From NCBI GenBank assembly GCA_035703635.1, contig DASSXV010000034.1:1-63037 (forward strand): a stretch of 63,037 nt of DNA, read 5' to 3'. This stretch comes from Trueperaceae bacterium (GTDB taxonomy: Bacteria; Deinococcota; Deinococci; Deinococcales; Trueperaceae). The notes under the pieces are model-generated. The model was not told the DNA's origin. It was given only the letters and a program-made list of their open reading frames with translations, and did no database searches. Position numbers and translations under genes: made by a program. Position 1 is the stretch's first letter. Every line of letters starts with the position of its first letter. Below, one piece after another: positions 10,230 through 19,070 of this stretch.

Positions 10230-11049
10230 AGTCGAAACGGTCCGCCGCGAACTCGCCCCCTGGTTGCAGGGCCGTGACATCCTCGAGATCGACTTGCTAG
10301 CTCCGCTCGGGCCGAAGTACGCCAGCCTCGAGCTGGCGCTCGGGCGGCGTATCGAGGCCGTCGAGCGGCGGGGCAAGTTCCTGCTCATGCCCCTCTCCGG
10401 TGGGCTCGAGCTGGTGGCGCACCTCGGCATGACGGGCGTGCTGGCGCAAGACGCCCCATCTGAGCGCGCCGCCTCGCACGTGCGCGTGCGCGTCGGCCTC
10501 AGCGGCGGCGCCCCTAACGTCCTCTACTTCCTCGACCCGCGGCGCTTCGGGCGTTTCCTCGTCGTCAAGCGCGGGGAGTACGCGGGCCTGCCGACGCTCG
10601 CCGCGCTCGGGCCCGAACCGCTAGGCGACGCCTTCACGGTAGCCGCCTTCCAGAGCGCCCTGCAGCGCTCTCACATGAGCGTGAAGTCGTACCTCTTGAG
10701 CCAGCGACCCGTTGCCGGCGTCGGCAACATCTACGCAGACGAGGCGTTGTGGCGCGCGGCGGTTCACCCCCTGACTCCGGCCTCAGCACTCACCCCGGAG
10801 CAGGTGACGCGCTTGCACCACGCCGTTCGCGAAGTCTTGAGCGCCGCCGTCGCCTCGCAGGGCACGACGTTGTCCGACTACCGCACGGTGTTGGGCAAGC
10901 AGGGGGAGTACGCCAGGCAACTAGCTGCGTACGGCCGCGCCGGGCAACCGTGCCCGCGCTGCGGCACGACGATGCAGCGCCTGGTGGTCGGGCAGCGCGG
11001 CACGAGTTACTGCCCAACGTGCCAGGCCGCCCCGAAGGGTGCGCCGTGA
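10213..11049 (+). CDS. mutM: Formamidopyrimidine-DNA glycosylase (Fpg/MutM); apparent ATC start codon
   Basis: Motifs PELPEVE, RRGKFL, HLGMTG, DPRRFG, GVGNIYADE and a C-terminal CxxC/CxxC zinc finger. The codon before the catalytic Pro is ATC. Confidence 0.93.
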   Translation: MPELPEVETVRRELAPWLQGRDILEIDLLAPLGPKYASLELALGRRIEAVERRGKFLLMPLSGGLELVAHLGMTGVLAQDAPSERAASHVRVRVGLSGGAPNVLYFLDPRRFGRFLVVKRGEYAGLPTLAALGPEPLGDAFTVAAFQSALQRSHMSVKSYLLSQRPVAGVGNIYADEALWRAAVHPLTPASALTPEQVTRLHHAVREVLSAAVASQGTTLSDYRTVLGKQGEYARQLAAYGRAGQPCPRCGTTMQRLVVGQRGTSYCPTCQAAPKGAP

Positions 11050-11438
11050 AGCGGAGGTTCGGCCTCGACATTCAAGTGCGCTTCGGCGACACCGACGCGC
11101 TTGGCCATATAAACAACGCGACCTACGCGACTTACGCGGAGCTCGGGCGCGTCGAGTTCGTGCGGGCGCTCGGCTTGCCGCCTGGCGGCTTCATCCTCGC
11201 GCGGCTCGCCCTCGACTACCGCAAGCAGGTGCGACTTGGTGAGCGTGTGCGGGTCGAGACGTGGGTTGAGAGGGTCGGCAACTCGAGCATCACGATGCGC
11301 CAGGAAGTGGTTGCCGACGACGAGTTGGCGGTCGAAGTCGAGGCGGTCGCCGTGTGGTTCGACTACGGTACGAACATGCCTGTGCGCGTGCCAGACGAGG
11401 CGAGGCGCGTCTTCGAGGAGTGGCGCGAGCCGCAGTAG
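11046..11438 (+). CDS. Acyl-CoA thioesterase (hotdog fold, YbgC/4HBT family)
   Basis: VRFGDTDALGHINNATY motif; GTGA overlap with the mutM stop. Confidence 0.9.
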   Translation: MKRRFGLDIQVRFGDTDALGHINNATYATYAELGRVEFVRALGLPPGGFILARLALDYRKQVRLGERVRVETWVERVGNSSITMRQEVVADDELAVEVEAVAVWFDYGTNMPVRVPDEARRVFEEWREPQ

Positions 11439-11512
11439 GGCGTGCACTGCCGGGGCGACGCGCGGGACGGAAGTCCCTGTTTAGGGCGTCTACAACGCAC
11501 TATCCTGTAGCT

Positions 11513-11682
11513 GAAGCGGTAGGGGCGCAGGCTCCAGGCAAAGGGGCGAGCGCTAGCACCGAGGGAGCGCATCCCCAACCCAGCCCCACCACCGCTGTAA
11601 AGCTTCCGGGCCTCCAGCGAGGCAAGGCGCAAGTGCAAGATGTCAGGGCCGGGAGGGTCCCGGTGCCGGGGGCCCGGAAGCC
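11513..11682 (+). ncRNA. Candidate structured non-coding RNA, family not recognised
   Basis: TATCCT -10 box at 11501-11506. Two nested stem domains: AGCGGT-GGGGC/GCCCC-ACCGCT and GCTTCCGGGCCTCC/GGGGGCCCGGAAGC. G-U pairs and A-rich loops favour the + strand. Confidence 0.45.
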
Positions 11683-11778
11683 AGAGCACGAGTTAGGCGT
11701 CAGCGCGGCCGGAGCAGGACTGCTCCGGCCGCGGCGCTGCCTGGTCGCGCCACCAGGCGCCCCTGCTAGACTGCTCGC

Positions 11779-12654
11779 GTGCCACACGTAGAGTCCCCGA
11801 CTCAGCGGCGCGTCGTGACGGTAACGGGCGCGTCCACCGGCATCGGCCGTGAGGTAGCGTTGACCCTCCTCAACAAGGGGTACACCGTTTACGCCGGGTT
11901 GCGCTCCGACGTTGACGCGTCCAGCCTGCTGGCTGACGCCGGAGCTGCGGCTGCGCGGTTGCGACTGCTGGAACTCGACGTCACTAACGGGGACGACGTG
12001 GCCGCGGCGGCTCGCCGCGTCAACGACGAACTCGACGGCGGTCACTTTCACGGGCTCGTCAACAACGCTGGCATCGCCGTGGCAGGACCCATGGAGTTCC
12101 TGCCGCTCGACGACTTACGGCGCCAGTTCGAGGTGAACGTCGTCGGCCAGGTGGCCATGGCGCAAGCCTTCTTGCCGCTCCTGCGCGAGCGGCCCGGTCG
12201 CCTCGTGTTCGTCGGGTCGGTCTCTGGGCTCGTGTCGTCACGCCTGCTCGGCGCGTACGCTGCCTCGAAGTTCGCCCTCGAGGCCGTTGCCGACGCGTTT
12301 CGCCGCGAACTACTGCCGTTCAAGGTGCGCGTATCCGTCGTCGAGCCTGGTCGCATCGCAACGCCGATCTGGGAGAAGTCCCTCACCGAGGGCCTCGACC
12401 GCATGGACCGCATGCCCCTGAAGGCGCGCGAGTACTACGGTTGGTTGGTCAAAGACCTGATGAACAGCGCCAAGTACGCGGCCGACCACGGCACCCACCC
12501 AGAGCAGGTCGCGCTGGCCGTCCACAAGGCGCTGAGCGCCCGCCGCAGCCGCACGCGCTACTTCGTTGGGCCCGACGCGCACTTCATCAACGTGCTGCGG
12601 CGCGTACTTTCCGACCCGCAGCTCGATAGGGTCGTCAACTTCACCGGCCGCTGA
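11779..12654 (+). CDS. Short-chain dehydrogenase/reductase (probably leaderless)
   Basis: Motifs TGASTGIG, NNAG, YAASK; TGcTAGACT 6 nt before the GTG. Confidence 0.9.
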   Translation: MPHVESPTQRRVVTVTGASTGIGREVALTLLNKGYTVYAGLRSDVDASSLLADAGAAAARLRLLELDVTNGDDVAAAARRVNDELDGGHFHGLVNNAGIAVAGPMEFLPLDDLRRQFEVNVVGQVAMAQAFLPLLRERPGRLVFVGSVSGLVSSRLLGAYAASKFALEAVADAFRRELLPFKVRVSVVEPGRIATPIWEKSLTEGLDRMDRMPLKAREYYGWLVKDLMNSAKYAADHGTHPEQVALAVHKALSARRSRTRYFVGPDAHFINVLRRVLSDPQLDRVVNFTGR

Positions 12655-12787
12655 GCGGGGCTTTAGCGTCCCTAAACCTGGCAGTTAGACGGGCGTCACG
12701 AGGTGATAATCTTCCTCTGACCAGCACCAGCGCAGGGCCAGCGGGGCTTGAACCTGCACTGGTGCACTCACGACTGTCGGAGGACCT

Positions 12788-13852
12788 ATGCGCAAACTGC
12801 TGTTCATTAGCCTGGCGGCCCTAGCCTTCACGACCGCCAACGCTCAGAGCGACTGGACCTGCCCGGCTGGCTACGCCGGCCAAACCCTCAGCGTCTACAA
12901 CTGGGCCACTTACGTAGCGGAAGACACCATCTCGAACTTCGAGGCCGCGTGCGGGGTGCGCGTTATCTACGACACTTACGGCAGTGACGATGACATGCTC
13001 GTGCGGTTGCGCCAAGGCAACCCAGGCTTCGACATCGTCGTCCCAAGCGACTCGATCGTGAGGCTCCTCATCGACGAGAAGCTCCTCGAGAAGATCGATC
13101 ACGCGAACCTGCCCAACTTCGGCAACCTCGACCCAGACTTCATCGGCCTGCCCTTCGACCCGGGCAACGACTACACCATCCCCTACCAGTGGGGCACCGT
13201 AGGCATCGGCTACAACACCGAGAAGGTCCCTGAGATCACTTCGTGGGCCGACATGTTCGCGTACGACGGGCCGGTCGCATGGCTCGAGGACACCGGGGCG
13301 ATGGTCGGCATGGGCCTGCTCATGCTCGGCAAGGACCCTAACAGTGAGGACGCGAAGGAGATCGACGAGGCCGCCAAGTACCTGATCGACAACGGCGGCA
13401 ACGTCGTGTACATCGCCCGCGACGACGGTCAAGAGATCCTCGTGCGTGGCGAGGCCGACATCGTCATCGAGTACTCTGGCGACATCTTCCAGATCATGGA
13501 CGAGTGCGAGTGCGATACCTACGCCTACGTCATCCCGGAGGAAGGCACGAACTTCTGGCTCGACAACCTCGCCATCCCGAAGGGCGCCCCCAACAAGGCG
13601 CTAGCCGAAGTGTTCATCGACTACGTGCTTGACCCGCACGTCGCCGCTGACATCTCCAACTACACGGCGTTCGGCACGCCGAACCTCGCCGCCCTCGAGG
13701 GTGGGCTCATCGACCCGGAGTTGGCGGAAGACCCCGCCATCTACCCGAGCGAAGCCGCGAGCGAGCACCTCTTCTTCGCCGTGCAGTCTCCGGAGCGTGA
13801 GGCCCTCCTCAACGACGCCTGGGACATGATCAAGATCTTCATCGGGCGCTGA
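12788..13852 (+). CDS. potD: Spermidine/putrescine ABC transporter substrate-binding protein (PotD/PotF family)
   Basis: Signal peptide; motifs YNWATY, FDIVVPSD, PYQWGTVGIGYN, PEEGTNFWLDNLAIPK. Confidence 0.88.
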   Translation: MRKLLFISLAALAFTTANAQSDWTCPAGYAGQTLSVYNWATYVAEDTISNFEAACGVRVIYDTYGSDDDMLVRLRQGNPGFDIVVPSDSIVRLLIDEKLLEKIDHANLPNFGNLDPDFIGLPFDPGNDYTIPYQWGTVGIGYNTEKVPEITSWADMFAYDGPVAWLEDTGAMVGMGLLMLGKDPNSEDAKEIDEAAKYLIDNGGNVVYIARDDGQEILVRGEADIVIEYSGDIFQIMDECECDTYAYVIPEEGTNFWLDNLAIPKGAPNKALAEVFIDYVLDPHVAADISNYTAFGTPNLAALEGGLIDPELAEDPAIYPSEAASEHLFFAVQSPEREALLNDAWDMIKIFIGR

Positions 13853-13873
13853 GAACCAGCTAGTTGCGGTCGG

Positions 13874-13911
13874 CGTGGGGCTGCGGACGACTCGTTCGCA
13901 GCCCCACGTTT
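13874..13911 (+). terminator. Stem-loop after potD (weak terminator or stabiliser)
   Basis: CGTGGGGCTGCG / CGCAGCCCCACG stem followed by TTT. Confidence 0.55.
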
Positions 13912-13957
13912 CGCTGCTGCCAAGGCGCTTGGCCTGGGGTAATATGGGCGCCACATC

Positions 13958-15085
13958 ATGGCAACGGCTCCAGCTGTCCAGATCAACAACCTGGTCAAGG
14001 AGTTCATCGACCCGCGCACCAAGACCGCCGTGCGCGCCGTGAACGACATCGACCTCGAGATCCTCGAGGGCGAGTTCTTCGCCATGCTCGGGCCGTCTGG
14101 TTGCGGCAAGACAACCACCTTGCGGGTCATCGCGGGCTTCGAGGAGCCCACTTCCGGCGAGCTGCTGCTGCGGGGGAACTCCATGCGCGGCATCCCGTCG
14201 TTCCACCGCCCCGTCAACACCGTCTTCCAGGATTACGCCCTGTTCCCGCACATGACCGTCCTCCAGAACGTCATGTTCGGCCTGCGCATGGCGCGCGTGC
14301 CGGACAAGGAAGCGCGCAAGCGCTCGCTGGAGGCGCTTGACATGGTCAGGCTACCGAACGTGGAGCGCCGTAAACCGCTGCAACTCTCCGGTGGTCAGCG
14401 CCAGCGCGTCGCCTTGGCGCGCGCGCTCGTCAACCGTCCGAGCGTCCTGCTGCTCGACGAGCCGCTAGGCGCCCTCGACCTCAAACTGCGGCGCGCCATG
14501 CAGTTCGAACTCAAGCGCTTGCAGCAGCAGGTTGGCATCACGTTCATCTACGTCACCCACGACCAGGAAGAGGCGTTGACCATGGCGGACCGCATCGCCG
14601 TCATGAACGCCGGCCAGGTCCTGCAGGTCGGGCGGGCAGACGACATCTACGAGCGCCCGAGCGACCGCTTCGTGGCGGACTTCATCGGCGAGACGAACTT
14701 CTTGGCGTGCGTGCTCGAGTCGAAGGCAGGCAGCTCTGCCAGGGTGCGCCTCGAGGACGGCACCGTGTTGTCTGGCGTGCTACGCGACCCAGACATGGCG
14801 GTCGGCGTCGGCGTCGCGCTTGCCTTGCGGCCGGAGAAGCTGGCCGTCGAGGACGTTTCCTCCGGGGAGCCGCCCGCACTAGCTGGCGCGCAATCGGCAT
14901 TGCCAGGCACCGTCGCTGGCGTGCATTACCTCGGCACGGACGCGCGTTACCTCATCGAAGTTCCGGGTGGCGCCAGGGTCGTCGCGCGCGTTCAGAACCA
15001 ACAGCACGGTTTCGCCGGGATGTTGGCGGAGGGCACCCCCGTACGCCTGACGTGGCTAACGGAGTACGGCTCAGTACTGGCCTGA
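13958..15085 (+). CDS. potA: Polyamine ABC transporter ATP-binding protein
   Basis: Motifs GPSGCGKTT, VNTVFQDYALFPH, LSGGQRQR, LLLDEPLGALDLKLR; TOBE-like C-terminus. Confidence 0.9.
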   Translation: MATAPAVQINNLVKEFIDPRTKTAVRAVNDIDLEILEGEFFAMLGPSGCGKTTTLRVIAGFEEPTSGELLLRGNSMRGIPSFHRPVNTVFQDYALFPHMTVLQNVMFGLRMARVPDKEARKRSLEALDMVRLPNVERRKPLQLSGGQRQRVALARALVNRPSVLLLDEPLGALDLKLRRAMQFELKRLQQQVGITFIYVTHDQEEALTMADRIAVMNAGQVLQVGRADDIYERPSDRFVADFIGETNFLACVLESKAGSSARVRLEDGTVLSGVLRDPDMAVGVGVALALRPEKLAVEDVSSGEPPALAGAQSALPGTVAGVHYLGTDARYLIEVPGGARVVARVQNQQHGFAGMLAEGTPVRLTWLTEYGSVLA

Positions 15086-15115
15086 GCGCCGCGCCGCCCA
15101 TATCATGGGGGCAAC

Positions 15116-16216
15116 ATGACGGTACCGACACTTGACCTAACAGGGTCCCCGTTCGACTTCGGGTTGACCCACGGCCGCGCGTTCCGGGCGGCCATCCGCG
15201 CGTACGCGGACGAGCGCGTGGCGTTGGCGGGAGGCGCCGCTTGGACGGGTCGCGAGCTGAGCCGCCGCGACGTCCTGGCGTTGGCACAGGCCTGCTTGGG
15301 GCCTCACGAAGAGTACGCGCCGGACCTGGTAGCCGAGCTGGAGGGCATGGCCGCCGCCACGGACCTGAGCTTGGCGGAGTTGATCGTCGTAGGCGGGTTC
15401 ACCGACTTCATCGATACGGTGGCGGCCGCCAACCGCAAGACGGCAAGCGTGCTCGAAACGAAAGCGGTTGACGACTGCACCGCGTTCCTCGTGCCCGGCG
15501 CGCGCATGGCGGACGGTGTGGCGGCGTTCGGTCAGACGTGGGACATGCACGAGGGTTCAACTGAGCACCTCGTCCTCCTGCGCGGGCGCCCGCAGAACGC
15601 GCCTGACTTCCTCGCGTTCACTACCGCGGGAGCCATGGGCATGATCGGCATGAACGAGGCCGGCCTCACGGTCGGCATCAACAACCTCATGAGCGCGGAT
15701 GGGCGCCCTGGAGTGACCTGGCCGTTCGTCGTGCGCGAGATGCTCAAGGCAGATACCCTCACAGACGCGTTGGCCGCGCTCGAGCGTGCGCCATTGGCTG
15801 GGGGTCACAACTACTTGATCATGGATGCGAGCGGCGCCGGCGCGAACGTCGAGGCCATGCCGACGGCCAGTCACGTCACGCACCTAGCCGCCGACGCCGT
15901 TGCTCACACCAACCACAACCTGCACCCTGACACCAAGGCGGTCGAACGGCCACGCGACGCCGCCTCTCAAGAGGACTCCGAGGCGCGCCTGCATGACGCC
16001 GAGCGGCTCCTCGCGCGTGACGACCTCACCATCGAGGCGTTGCAGGCGGTCACGGCGCATACGGGCAACATCTGCCACCGCGGCGAGGCGCCGCGCTTCG
16101 TGGGAACGTGCGGCGGAGTGATCACGCGGCCAGCGACGCGCGAGCTGTGGGCCGTGCGGGGCCGACCGAGCGAGGAGCAGTACGAGCGCTTCGCGTTCGA
16201 GGGAGCGCGGGCGTGA
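15116..16216 (+). CDS. Peptidase C45 family Ntn-hydrolase (isopenicillin-N acyltransferase-like)
   Basis: DDCTAF (putative nucleophilic Cys after autoproteolysis), GQTWDM, GMNEAGL, HTNH. Confidence 0.82.
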   Translation: MTVPTLDLTGSPFDFGLTHGRAFRAAIRAYADERVALAGGAAWTGRELSRRDVLALAQACLGPHEEYAPDLVAELEGMAAATDLSLAELIVVGGFTDFIDTVAAANRKTASVLETKAVDDCTAFLVPGARMADGVAAFGQTWDMHEGSTEHLVLLRGRPQNAPDFLAFTTAGAMGMIGMNEAGLTVGINNLMSADGRPGVTWPFVVREMLKADTLTDALAALERAPLAGGHNYLIMDASGAGANVEAMPTASHVTHLAADAVAHTNHNLHPDTKAVERPRDAASQEDSEARLHDAERLLARDDLTIEALQAVTAHTGNICHRGEAPRFVGTCGGVITRPATRELWAVRGRPSEEQYERFAFEGARA

Positions 16217-16917
16217 GCGTGACTGGCAAGAGACCGCGCGTGCGCGTCACGCAGGCGCGCCCGGAGCACGCCGCGGCGCTCGAGGAGCTGCAGCGCGTGT
16301 GCTTCCCGAACCTCGGTGAGCAGGAGCTCATGACCCACATGCACTTCGTCGAGCATCAAGAGCGCTTCCCGGAGGGCGAGTTCGTGGCCCTCGCGGCGGA
16401 CGCTCCTGACGGCACGCCGTTGGCCGCGGAGCGCGTGGTCGGCTTGGGTTCCGGGTTCCTGATCGACTTCGACATCCAGCACCCGACGCACTCGTTCAAC
16501 GACATCATCGGGGGCGGCACGTACTCCAACCACGACCCGGACGGCGACTGGTACTACGGCGCTGACATCAGCGTTCACCCCGACTACCGCGGTCTTGGCC
16601 TCGGGCGTAGCTTGTACGACGCACGCAAGGGCCTCGTGAGGAAGCTGCGCCGCAAGGGCATCGTGGCTGGCGGTCAACTGCCAGGCTACCCGCGTTACCG
16701 CGACGAGCTGACCGTAGCCGCTTACGTCGAGAAGGTCGTGGCTGGCGAGCTGACCGACCCAACGCTCACGTTCCAAGTGGCTAACGGCTTCGAGGTCTAC
16801 GGCCTCATCCACGGCTACATCGAGGACGACTACACCGACGATTGGGCGAGCTTCATCGTGTGGTTCAACCCGGACCTGCACTTCCCCGACCTGCCTGACC
16901 TTGGGGCGGCTACCTGA
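16213..16917 (+). CDS. GNAT N-acetyltransferase (resembles YkwB / YhcX N-terminal domain)
   Basis: Motifs ERFPEGEFVA, NHDPDGDWYYGADISVHPDYRGLGLGRSLY, DPTLTFQ; GTGA overlap with the upstream stop. Confidence 0.85.
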   Translation: MSVTGKRPRVRVTQARPEHAAALEELQRVCFPNLGEQELMTHMHFVEHQERFPEGEFVALAADAPDGTPLAAERVVGLGSGFLIDFDIQHPTHSFNDIIGGGTYSNHDPDGDWYYGADISVHPDYRGLGLGRSLYDARKGLVRKLRRKGIVAGGQLPGYPRYRDELTVAAYVEKVVAGELTDPTLTFQVANGFEVYGLIHGYIEDDYTDDWASFIVWFNPDLHFPDLPDLGAAT

Positions 16918-17849
16918 GTCCAGCTCCACCCCTACCGGCAGGCTACGCAGCGCGGCCAGCGCGGCTAACCGACGCCGCCGAGGCCGTGGCGTTGCTCGCC
17001 GCCTACGAAGTCGCTCACCAGGGGGTGGCCAGCACCGGCCTCGACGCGCTGCTGGCCGACTGGGCTTCCGTCGACCTGGCGGATGACAGCGTCATCGTGC
17101 GCGGGCCGACCGGCGCCCTGGTGGCGCTGTGCGACGTGGTGCCTAGCCGCCGCGAACTCCTCATGACCTACGCATACGTGATGCCGGGTGAGGTGGAGGC
17201 GGACGCAGTGACCGCCTACCTGGCCTGGGCGGCGGAGGAGCGCGCGCGTGCCTTGGCGCAGGGCGGCAGGGTCGTCGTGCGCAACTACTTGCCCGCGGAG
17301 GACGAGGCGCTTGCCGCGCGGTTGGCTGAACGCGGTTATCGCCAAGTGCGCACCATCTACCGCTTGGCGATCGACCTGGCGGCGCCCCCACCCGCGCCAG
17401 CGTGGCCAGTTGGTGTGAGCGTGAGGGCGTATGCGGGCGCAGCGGACGAGCCGGCGGCCTACGAGGCGTTCGAACTGGGTTCGACTGGCATGTGGGGCAG
17501 GCCGGGCAACACGTTCGAGCAGTGGAGCGCGCACGTTGGCGCGCAGCAGCCTGGCGCCATGCGCTTGGCGGTAGCGGCTGGGCAGATCGTCGGCGCGAGC
17601 ATCGTGTGGGTAGCGCCCGGCGGCGAAGGTAGCGGCGTCGTCGAGAGCCTGCGAGTAGTGCCTGACTGGCGCCGCCGTGGTCTGGGCGCTGCGTTGCTCG
17701 CCGACGCGCTTGCTGCCGGCTACGCGGCTGGCATGCGTCGTATGAGCCTCACGGTCGACGCCTCCTCCACTACTGGCGCGCCAGAGTTGTACGCCCGTGC
17801 CGGCATGCGTATGACTCAGAGCTACCTGGTGCTCGAGCGGGCGTTGTGA
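16914..17849 (+). CDS. Tandem-domain GNAT acetyltransferase (MshD-like architecture); start probably CTG 16914, first canonical start GTG 16986
   Basis: VVPDWRRRGLGAALL acetyl-CoA motif and APELYARAG; in-frame upstream LPAGYAARPARLTDA looks like a typical GNAT N-terminus. Confidence 0.8.
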   Translation: MSPAPPLPAGYAARPARLTDAAEAVALLAAYEVAHQGVASTGLDALLADWASVDLADDSVIVRGPTGALVALCDVVPSRRELLMTYAYVMPGEVEADAVTAYLAWAAEERARALAQGGRVVVRNYLPAEDEALAARLAERGYRQVRTIYRLAIDLAAPPPAPAWPVGVSVRAYAGAADEPAAYEAFELGSTGMWGRPGNTFEQWSAHVGAQQPGAMRLAVAAGQIVGASIVWVAPGGEGSGVVESLRVVPDWRRRGLGAALLADALAAGYAAGMRRMSLTVDASSTTGAPELYARAGMRMTQSYLVLERAL

Positions 17850-17883
17850 GGCGGCGTTGTACTCCTTCGCGACCTCCCACTAG

Positions 17884-17912
17884 TTGACCGGCGCCCAGCC
17901 GCCCACTAGCCT
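17884..17912 (+). promoter_or_regulatory. Promoter of the ribose operon
   Basis: TTGACC-17 nt-TAGCCT directly upstream of the operator palindrome. Confidence 0.6.
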
Positions 17913-17921
17913 TTAGATAAC

Positions 17922-17943
17922 AGCGGTTAAACGATTAACCGCT
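17922..17943. promoter_or_regulatory. LacI-family operator (RbsR site)
   Basis: Palindrome AGCGGTTAA-ACGA-TTAACCGCT with central CG, between the promoter and the LacI gene. Confidence 0.75.
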
Positions 17944-17962
17944 AGCGTGAGGGAGCGAGCGG

Positions 17963-19063
17963 ATGGCCAGCATGCGCGAGGTTGCCGAAGCTGCGGGAGT
18001 ATCGGTGGCGACGGTGTCGCACGTCCTGCGCGGTACCAAACGCTTCACGCCGGCCGTCGCCGCACGTGTCAAGGCTGCTGCGGCGGAACTCGGTTACGTG
18101 CCCAACCGCCAGGCAAGCGCTCTGCGCACTGGCCGCACCGACATCCTCGGCGTCTTACTCCCCGACCTCTCCAACCCGTTCTTCCCCGCGCTCCTCAACG
18201 CCGTCGAGATCGCCGCACGCGCGGCGGGGTTCCTCGTCATGGTGCACGACACGGAGAACGACCCAGGCCTCGAGGCGCTAGCGCTTGAGCGCCTGGCGGC
18301 GCTGCAGGTCGACGGCCTCGTATGGGTGCCTGCGCACGACGCTGGCGTTGGCGTCAGCGCCCGCGGGGCGGGTCGCGCGGTCGGCGCCAAACGCGACCTC
18401 AAACTCCCCAACGTGCCCCTCGTGACGCTCGACCGGCCAGTCGCCGACCGCGACGCCGTCTTCGCAGACCACGTCGCAGGCGGCGCGCTCGTGGCAGCGC
18501 ACCTCAACGCCTTGGGGCTACGGCGGGTAGCGCTGCTTCACGGGGCGGCGAGTATCGCCAGCGCCAGGGCGAGGCGCCGCGGTTTCCTCGCCGAGCTCGA
18601 CCCGCTGACTCCCGTGTGGGAGGCCCAGAGCGGCTTCAGCCACGACCTGCCTGGCGCCGTCGTCAGGCTGCTGCGCGCCGGCGGGTTCGACGCCGTAGTG
18701 TGCGCCAACGACGCCGTGGCGGTTGGCGTCATCCGCAACCTCAAACAGTTGGGCGTGCGCGTGCCAGAGGACGTCTCGGTGGTGGGTTTCGACGACATCC
18801 CCTGGGCGAAGCTCATGGACCCGCCCCTTACGACAGTGCGCCAACCGCTGGCCGCGATCGGAGCCGCGGCCGTGCGCCTCCTGCTCGAACGCATGGCCGA
18901 CCCGCAACGGGCTGCCAGGCAGGTCGTCTTACCCGTCGAACTCGTCGTGCGCGGCTCGACCGCCCCCGCTACCAGCGGCGCCGCTCAAGTCCGCGGCGCC
19001 AACCAAGCAGAACGCAGCGCACCAGCCTCAACGAAGGCCAGACCCAACCGGAGGGCAGGATGA
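17963..19063 (+). CDS. rbsR: LacI-family repressor of the ribose operon
   Basis: HTH MREVAEAAGVSVATVSHVL; motifs NDAVA, VPEDVSVVGFDD, PLTTVRQP. Confidence 0.85.
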   Translation: MASMREVAEAAGVSVATVSHVLRGTKRFTPAVAARVKAAAAELGYVPNRQASALRTGRTDILGVLLPDLSNPFFPALLNAVEIAARAAGFLVMVHDTENDPGLEALALERLAALQVDGLVWVPAHDAGVGVSARGAGRAVGAKRDLKLPNVPLVTLDRPVADRDAVFADHVAGGALVAAHLNALGLRRVALLHGAASIASARARRRGFLAELDPLTPVWEAQSGFSHDLPGAVVRLLRAGGFDAVVCANDAVAVGVIRNLKQLGVRVPEDVSVVGFDDIPWAKLMDPPLTTVRQPLAAIGAAAVRLLLERMADPQRAARQVVLPVELVVRGSTAPATSGAAQVRGANQAERSAPASTKARPNRRAG

Positions 19064-19070
19064 ACAGCAC

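Noticed and set aside
11530-11665. Resemblance to the glycine riboswitch (CTCCAGGCAAA, GCACCGAGGGAGC) and to SRP RNA (GTCAGGGCCGGGAGG)
   Set aside because: The GGAGA element and motif order of glycine aptamers are missing, and the SRP AGCAGC partner is absent; kept only as an unrecognised RNA.
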